A DNA stretch of 64,000 nt from Thermoanaerobaculia bacterium (GTDB lineage: Bacteria > Acidobacteriota > Thermoanaerobaculia > Multivoradales > Multivoraceae). Positions within the stretch are counted from its first letter, which is position 1, and each line of letters begins with the position of its first letter. This document shows positions 58,413-64,000 of the stretch, piece after piece. A program made the position numbers and the translations under genes. The notes beneath the pieces were generated by a model. That model was not told where the DNA came from, searched no databases, and worked only from the letters and a program-made list of their open reading frames with translations. The DNA lies in the NCBI GenBank assembly GCA_963664405.1, contig OY761158.1:4800001-4864000 (forward strand), given 5' to 3'.

Positions 58413-58644
58413 ATTTGCTGATAAATCTGACGTGTTATGTCCCTCCTAAGTGACTCCATTGGGAATAGATAGTATACACGGTAACCATCTCGATGTCCCC
58501 AAACCTGTTAGAAATCTGCGAAGGAATCTTGGGCCATCGTGGGCCATCGCGGACTCACCCCTTCGTTACCGGATCGCCCACGTTGAATTTGCTCACCCGG
58601 CCGGTTCTGCCATCGCAGGTCAAGAGGTACACGGTACGACCCCG

Positions 58645-59124
58645 GCAATCGGCGAACAGACCTACAAGGGAGTCTTCGCCCTCACGATCGTCGCCTCCAT
58701 CGTCATGATGGTGTTCGGGTGGCGAGCGATTACACCGACCGCCGTCTACAGAGCATCCGCCTGGGGGTACGCCGCCGCCGAGCTGCTGGTGTTCGTCGCG
58801 CTGGTTCTCTTCGTGGCCTCAGGACTCCCCAGCAATCTCAAGCGAGCGGTTCGTCATCCTCAGTTGAGCGGCCTCGTTGTGTGGAGCGGCGCTCATCTGC
58901 TCGCGAACGGAGATCGGCGCTCCTTGGTCCTCTTTGGGGGCCTCGGGTTGTGGGCCATCCTGGCGATGATGTTCACCAACCGCCGCGACGGTGCGTGGGA
59001 GAAACCGGAGCCCGTGCCGATGGCGAGCGAGCTCAAGCCTCTTCTGATAGCGGCCGGCTCCTGGGCGGCCCTCTTCTTCGTACACCCCTACTTCGCGGGC
59101 GTTTCCCTTTCCCTCGCCTGGTGA
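58645..59124 (+). pseudogene. NnrU family membrane protein, probably 5'-truncated
   Basis: IGEQTYKGVFAL, VRHPQL..LVVWSGAHLLANGD.RSLVLFGG. The expected first TM helix is absent. Confidence 0.7.
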
Positions 59125-59162
59125 GCCTTCGGCTGGCAACGGGCACCTGCGACTACGACCGT

Positions 59163-59314
59163 GGCCGCCGATGCCACAGGCGCCTTCAGCGCCAATGTTG
59201 GCGGGTGAGCATCTCGAGCTGCTCCTGCGCCTTCTCGAGCGGCAGGGGATCAAGGTCGATGATTCGAGCGGGCCTCCGGATTGGGATGGGGAGTCGTTCG
59301 ATCTCGAGTGGGCG
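59163..59314 (+). repeat. Third copy of the DUF222-HNH gene 3' end
   Basis: MPQAPSAPMLAGEHLELLLRLLERQGIKVDDSSGPPDWDGESFDLEWA. Confidence 0.9.
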
Positions 59315-59423
59315 AGGTATTCACCCTCGATTGCGTCTCTATCTACTGGAGATGGACAGTCAAGGGGTGTGCAAGATGAGTCGTACTACGACCATGGTCT
59401 CAAGACCATGGTACGTTAGATGG

Positions 59424-59681
59424 ATGCAGACGATTGCGATCTCCAAGTTCAAGGCCCGGTGCCTGGCGATTCTCGAGGAGGTTCGCCGCACGGGGGAACC
59501 GGTGAGAGTCACGCGCTTCGGCAGGCCGGTGGCGGAGATCGTCCCACCCGTGCCGTCCGAGGACGAGGGGGAGTGGATGGGTCGCTGGCGTGCTGAGATG
59601 CGGATCGTGGGAGACGTCGTCTCGCCGGTGATCCCACCTGAGACCTGGGAGGCGTTGGGCGAGAAGCCTTCCGATCTATGA
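59424..59681 (+). CDS. Phd/YefM family antitoxin
   Basis: MQTIAISKFKARCLAILEEVRRTGEPVRVTRFGRPVAEIVP. Tandem gaccatggt(c/a) palindromes at 59390-59413. Confidence 0.88.
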   Translation: MQTIAISKFKARCLAILEEVRRTGEPVRVTRFGRPVAEIVPPVPSEDEGEWMGRWRAEMRIVGDVVSPVIPPETWEALGEKPSDL

Positions 59682-60076
59682 GACTGCTTCTCGATACCCA
59701 CGTCTGGATCTGGAGTCTGGTCGAGCCGGAGCAGCTGCGTGCGGAGACGCGATCCGCGCTCTCCGACCCCGCGTCTGAGCTCTACCTGTCTCCCATCTCG
59801 GTATGGGAGCTCTTGCTGCTCGTGGAGAGGGGGCGAATCGAGCTAGCCCAGGATCTAGAGCCGGAGCAGTGGGTGGCAAGCACGTTGGCGACGACTCCGT
59901 TGAGAGAGGCGCCGCTCACATGGAAGATCGCGAGTCGCAGCCGCTCACTCGACCTTGCCACCGACGATCCGGCCGATCGATTCCTCGCCGCGACGGCTGC
60001 CGAACGCAAGCTGACTCTGGTTACAGCCGATCGGCAGCTGCTCAGCTGCGCCGAGATCTCGACCCTGCCGGCTTGA
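59678..60076 (+). CDS. vapC: VapC/PIN domain toxin
   Basis: LLLDTHVWIW, SPISVWE, DPADRFLAATA, LVTAD. ATGA overlap with the antitoxin. Confidence 0.9.
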   Translation: MRLLLDTHVWIWSLVEPEQLRAETRSALSDPASELYLSPISVWELLLLVERGRIELAQDLEPEQWVASTLATTPLREAPLTWKIASRSRSLDLATDDPADRFLAATAAERKLTLVTADRQLLSCAEISTLPA

Positions 60077-60179
60077 GCACCGCTGCGAGCGAGTCGGCGG
60101 GCCTGCCGCACGCGCGGCGTTGTTGACCGTGATCTATGATGCATGCTGACCAGTGGGGCTCAGACCGGCAGGGACTGTG

Positions 60180-61781
60180 ATGAAGAAGGGGATCGTATCG
60201 ACGCCGCAGCCCGAAGCAACTGAGGCCGGGATCGAGGCTTTGCGGCGTGGCGGCAATGCGGTCGACGCGGCCATCGTAACGGCGCTCGTGCAGGGTGTTG
60301 TCGATCCCCAGATGTGCGGCATCGCCGGCTTCGGCAGCATGCAGATCTATCTCCCCAAAGCCGGCGTCCACACCTTCATCGACTTCCACGGCAAGACTCC
60401 CGCCGCGGCCACGCCGGAGATGTGGGAGGACCTGATCGTCGGCGAGGCGCGGGACGGCTTCGGCTTCTTCTTGAAGGATCACGTCAACGACGTCGGCTAT
60501 CAGTCGATCACCGTGCCGGGTAGTCTCAAGGCCTACTTCGAGGCGCAGACCGAGCACGGCCGCATGGACTGGGCAGACGTGGTGGCACCGGCTATCGCTC
60601 ATGCCGAGGCGGGCGTGATGATCCGCCCTCACATGCGGTTCTTCTGGACACACGACGACCGCAGCGGGCGCGTGCTGACAGAGGAGCGCCTGCGCTTCAC
60701 CGAAGCAGGGCGGCGCATCTACTTCCACCCCGACGGCCGCCTCAAGGGATTGGGCGACACATTGAAGAATCCCGAAATGGCGGCGGCTTTGCGGCGCATC
60801 GCCAAGGACGGAGCGGACGTGTTCTATCGCGGTGAGATCTCGGACGCCATCTCCGCCGACATGAAGGCCCACGGCGGGCTGCTCTCGGGCGAGGATCTCG
60901 CGACCTACGAGACGCGACGCGTCGACCCACTGTGGGGCGAGTTCCGCGGCTATCGGGTCGCCAGCAACCGGCCGCCCGGCGGTGGCGTAATGCTGATCGA
61001 GATGTTGCAGATCCTCGAGAACTTCGATCTCGAAGGCATGGGGCACAACAGCGTCGACTACGTCCGCACGCTGTGCGAGGCGATGAAGCGGGCGACCTCG
61101 GACAAGGACGAGCACGTCGGCGACCCCGACTTTGTCGACGTGCCGCTCGACCGGCTCACCGACAAGGCCTATGCTGCCGAGCTCGCGGCCAGCATCAAGG
61201 CGGGCGACGTGGCTTCGGTGGAGCGCTACTCGGCCGACGCGTCGCACACCACCCACATCGCCATCGTCGATGCGGAGGGAAACGCGGTGTCGATGACCCA
61301 CTCCCTGGGCATGCCTTCCGGGGTGATCACGGAGGGGCTGGGGTTCATGTACAACGGCTGCATGGGGGTGTTCGATCCCCGCCCCGGTCGCGCCGGGTCG
61401 ATCGCGCCGGGCAAGGCGCGGTTCAGCTCCATCTGCCCCACGATGGTCTTCGAGGGCGACGATCCGGTGCTGGTGATTGGCGCTCCCGGCGGCACCCAGA
61501 TCGCCATGGGCGTCTTGCAGGCGACACTGAACGCACTCGAGTTCGACATGCCGATCACCGACGCGATCATGGCACCGCGATTCTCCGCCACCAGCAATGC
61601 CATCGACGTCTCGAACCGGATCCCGCGATACGTGACGCGCGCGTTGGAGGCGCAGGGGTACGACATCGTGCGGAGCTATCTGAGCTACGGTTTCGCTGCC
61701 GTGCACGGGCTCAGACGGCAGAACGGAGAGTGGGCAGGGGCGGCGGACCCCGGCCACGACGGCATGGCGTTGGCGGAGTGA
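60180..61781 (+). CDS. ggt: Gamma-glutamyltransferase family protein
   Basis: GGNAVDAA, ITVPG, FYRGEI, PPGGG, HTTHIAIVDAEGNAVSMT, IAPGKARFSS, GAPGG. Confidence 0.9.
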   Translation: MKKGIVSTPQPEATEAGIEALRRGGNAVDAAIVTALVQGVVDPQMCGIAGFGSMQIYLPKAGVHTFIDFHGKTPAAATPEMWEDLIVGEARDGFGFFLKDHVNDVGYQSITVPGSLKAYFEAQTEHGRMDWADVVAPAIAHAEAGVMIRPHMRFFWTHDDRSGRVLTEERLRFTEAGRRIYFHPDGRLKGLGDTLKNPEMAAALRRIAKDGADVFYRGEISDAISADMKAHGGLLSGEDLATYETRRVDPLWGEFRGYRVASNRPPGGGVMLIEMLQILENFDLEGMGHNSVDYVRTLCEAMKRATSDKDEHVGDPDFVDVPLDRLTDKAYAAELAASIKAGDVASVERYSADASHTTHIAIVDAEGNAVSMTHSLGMPSGVITEGLGFMYNGCMGVFDPRPGRAGSIAPGKARFSSICPTMVFEGDDPVLVIGAPGGTQIAMGVLQATLNALEFDMPITDAIMAPRFSATSNAIDVSNRIPRYVTRALEAQGYDIVRSYLSYGFAAVHGLRRQNGEWAGAADPGHDGMALAE

Positions 61782-61820
61782 TCATCGGCGGCTGAGAGCC
61801 CTTCCCGGATCAACGCGACG

Positions 61821-62535
61821 TCAGTCTTGCGAGGCGAGTCTCTTCACCAGGCGATAGAGGAACTCGTGCCCCTCGTAGAAAGACTCGACCAGCAGGCGCT
61901 CGTCCTGACCGTGGATGCGGATGTCGTTGCGATCGACGAAGAGGCCTGACACGCCGTAGGTGGGGATTCCGGCGTTGCGCATCTTGGCACCGTCGGTGGC
62001 GCCGGTCGTCATGGTCGGGAGAACGACGACGCCAGGCCACATCTCCTCGGTGGTGATCTCGATGGCGCCGAGGATCTCGTCGGTCAGCGGGGAAGGATCG
62101 CTGGGTCTTCCGCCACCCTGAAAGGTGATCTCGATCTCGGGGTTGTCGACCGTGGAGATCAGCGCCTCGAGCACGTCGTGCGGGTCGGTGCCGGGCATCA
62201 TGCGGCTGTTGACCACGGCCTGAGCGGTCTGCGGCAGGGCGTTGGGAGCGTGTCCTCCTTCGAGGATCGTGGGTACGACCGTGGTTCGCAACTGTGCGTT
62301 CAGCACCGGATCCGCCGCCAGACGCTCCAACGCCTCGGGGTCGGGCGGTTCTTCGAGGATCGCCCGGATGTCCTTACCCTTCTGCCCGGGTGTGATCTCG
62401 GCGAGACGCTCGAGTCCCAGGCGCATGACGGGATTCAGCTCCACCGGGAACGAGTACTCCCGGATCGCAAGAAGTGCTGTGGCGAGGTCGTAGATGGCGT
62501 TGTCCCGGCGTGGTAGCGAGGAGTGCCCACCGAGC
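61821..62535 (-). pseudogene. M20/M25/M40 peptidase, C-terminal part only
   Basis: GGHSSLP..DNAIY, GGHAPNALPQ, TGATDG, GIPTYG, IHGQDER. The N-terminal metal-binding half is missing. Confidence 0.8.
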
Positions 62536-62565
62536 AGGACAAGCGCACCAGCCGTCAACCGAGTG

Positions 62566-62589
62566 TCGGGGTCCAGGGTCTTTCGTCAT
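62566..62589 (-). repeat. Copy of the first 8 codons of the HD gene (MTKDPGPR)
   Basis: 22/24 nt identical to 49445-49468. Its ATG overlaps the amidase stop (TGATG). Confidence 0.7.
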
Positions 62590-64000
62590 CACGACCTCCC
62601 GGCGATGAGACTCGGCACCAGCGTGTGCCATTCGGTCGCTTGCTCGTAGGTATTGCCGATCCGGCACAAGGTTGGCTCAGTGAGGCGATCGCCGAGAAGT
62701 TGAAGTGTGAGCGGCACTCCGTCGGGGTTGGTGCCGCAGGGGAGGGACACGGTGGGGGTACCTGCGAAATCGGACGGTGCGGTGAACTGGAGCTGAATGT
62801 GCTCCATCAACGGGCCGAAGCCGTCCATGCCGCCGTATTGCACCGCCTCGTCGGCGGGGAATGGCACGCCTCCACTGGGCCCCGCCACCGCATCGACCCC
62901 GGCAAGGGCGGAACGGAAGCGCTCGTTGAAGGCGGCCCGGCGCTCGCTCGCTGTCGCGTACGCCGCGTCGGTCACCGACGCTCCAACGGCGAGGAACTCA
63001 CGGAAGTACTCACCATACTCGTCCGCCTGCGAAGGGTAGTGCTCGCCGTGGGCGGCGTGCGCCTCGCGGGAGCAGATGGTGAACCAGGCGTCGACGAGAT
63101 CGGGCGGGAAGGCGGGCATCTCGACCTCGACCACCTCGGCACCCTCCTGCTCGAGGACGCCCAGCGCCTCCTCGATCGCGCTCACCAGGCCCGGATCGAC
63201 GTCGGTGCTCGCCCAGGCGCGGTCGTAGCCGATGCGTGTCCCCCCGACACCGGAGTCGATGTGCTCGAGCAGATCGAAGACAGGGCCCGGCAACGACGTC
63301 GGATCCTCGGCGTCGGGGCCCGCAATCGCCTGCAGCACGGCGGCCGCGTCGCCCACGCGCCGCGCCAGGGGACCGACGTGGTCGAGGCTCTCGGCAAGCG
63401 GCAGGACGCCATGTCGGCTGACGAGCCCATAGGTGGGCTTGAGGCCGACCACGCCGTTCGCCATGGCCGGATAGCGGATGGAGCCACCCGTATCGGTTCC
63501 GAGGGCGGCGAAGCAGAGGCCCGCCGCGGTCGCGACGCCTGCGCCGCTCGACGACACTCCTGCCCACAGGCGATCGTCCCAGGGGTTGCGGGGAACCGGA
63601 AAGCTGCGGTGGTAGCCGCCCATGGCACCCTCGGTCGTGGTCAGCTTGCCCAGAAGAACCGCCCCGGCCTGGGCCAGCTTCGCGACCACGGTAGCGTCGT
63701 GGTCCGGCACGAAGCTCCTCAGAAAGGCGTGACCGCCCATGGTGCGTGTGCCACGCGTGTAGCAGAGGTCCTTGACCGCGACGGGCATGCCGTGCAGTGG
63801 CCCGTGCCAGTCACCCGCGGCGATCTCCTCCTCCGCCCGGCGGGCCGCGGCCCGGGCCTCGTCCGCCATCACCGTGGCGTAGCTGTGCAGCGACGCGTCG
63901 ACGGTGGAGAGGCGATCCAGCATGGTCTCCGTCAAGGAGACCGGCGAGAGCTCGCCCGACCTCAGGCGCTCGGCGGTGTCGAGGAGGCTCGCAAAGTGAA
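62589..64000 (-). CDS. Amidase signature family protein, 5'-partial
   Basis: GPLHGMPVAVKD, GAVLLGKL, GVSSSGAG, GTDTGGSIRYPA, GLKPTYG. Frame is open to the window end. Confidence 0.92.
   Translation of the reverse strand, partial: HFASLLDTAERLRSGELSPVSLTETMLDRLSTVDASLHSYATVMADEARAAARRAEEEIAAGDWHGPLHGMPVAVKDLCYTRGTRTMGGHAFLRSFVPDHDATVVAKLAQAGAVLLGKLTTTEGAMGGYHRSFPVPRNPWDDRLWAGVSSSGAGVATAAGLCFAALGTDTGGSIRYPAMANGVVGLKPTYGLVSRHGVLPLAESLDHVGPLARRVGDAAAVLQAIAGPDAEDPTSLPGPVFDLLEHIDSGVGGTRIGYDRAWASTDVDPGLVSAIEEALGVLEQEGAEVVEVEMPAFPPDLVDAWFTICSREAHAAHGEHYPSQADEYGEYFREFLAVGASVTDAAYATASERRAAFNERFRSALAGVDAVAGPSGGVPFPADEAVQYGGMDGFGPLMEHIQLQFTAPSDFAGTPTVSLPCGTNPDGVPLTLQLLGDRLTEPTLCRIGNTYEQATEWHTLVPSLIAGRS

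Noticed and set aside
58719-59681. 320-aa ORF ending in a Phd domain (apparent fusion)
   Set aside because: Only the last 85 codons (from ATG 59424, behind its own operators) are Phd-like. The rest is off-frame NnrU and repeat sequence.
60042-61757. 571-aa minus-strand ORF
   Set aside because: Antisense to the clearly recognisable GGT gene.
1-64000. tRNA, rRNA, integrase or integron attC sites
   Set aside because: None recognised by eye; tRNAscan-SE and IntegronFinder would be needed to exclude them formally.

Overview
GC-rich bacterial DNA. The Ser/Thr-kinase style, DUF3604 and DUF1800/DUF1501 genes suggest an Acidobacteriota- or Myxococcota-like organism (inference only). All family names below come from motif recognition by eye; no search was run. 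Layout: (1) 1-11.2 kb holds two DUF3604 paralogues, DUF1800-DUF1501, regulators and a patchwork of gene fragments and antitoxins whose toxins are broken or missing. (2) About 11.7-49 kb is an IS-riddled defence-island-like region. It carries an intact, translationally coupled SNF2 helicase - Mre11/SbcD-like nuclease - Rad50/YhaN-like ATPase operon; a ~1,720-aa SF1 helicase-nuclease gene broken by a frameshift and by a MITE that contains an IS256; a wHTH/TerB-like/4xSAP-like/DUF2791 ATPase fusion convergent with an Lhr-like helicase; a truncated helicase with a YbjN-like partner; and an ADP-ribose-centred cluster (DUF488, unknown, CX5R phosphatase, TIGR02452 PARG split by a four-gene IS21, internally deleted darT, intact darG, ADP-ribosylglycohydrolase fragment). 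Two IS6 relics each carry the same group II intron-like 5' stub at the same codon. (3) 49.4-62.6 kb begins with a DUF222-HNH gene whose 3' end recurs twice among unrelated cargo (TA pairs, CutA, hydrolases, GNAT, Fic, GGT); the block is bracketed by two copies of an HD-gene start. No rRNA, tRNA or CRISPR array was seen. The best candidates for undescribed systems are the SNF2-Mre11-Rad50 operon, the TerB/SAP-DUF2791 plus Lhr pair, and the DUF488-phosphatase-PARG-DarTG cluster.
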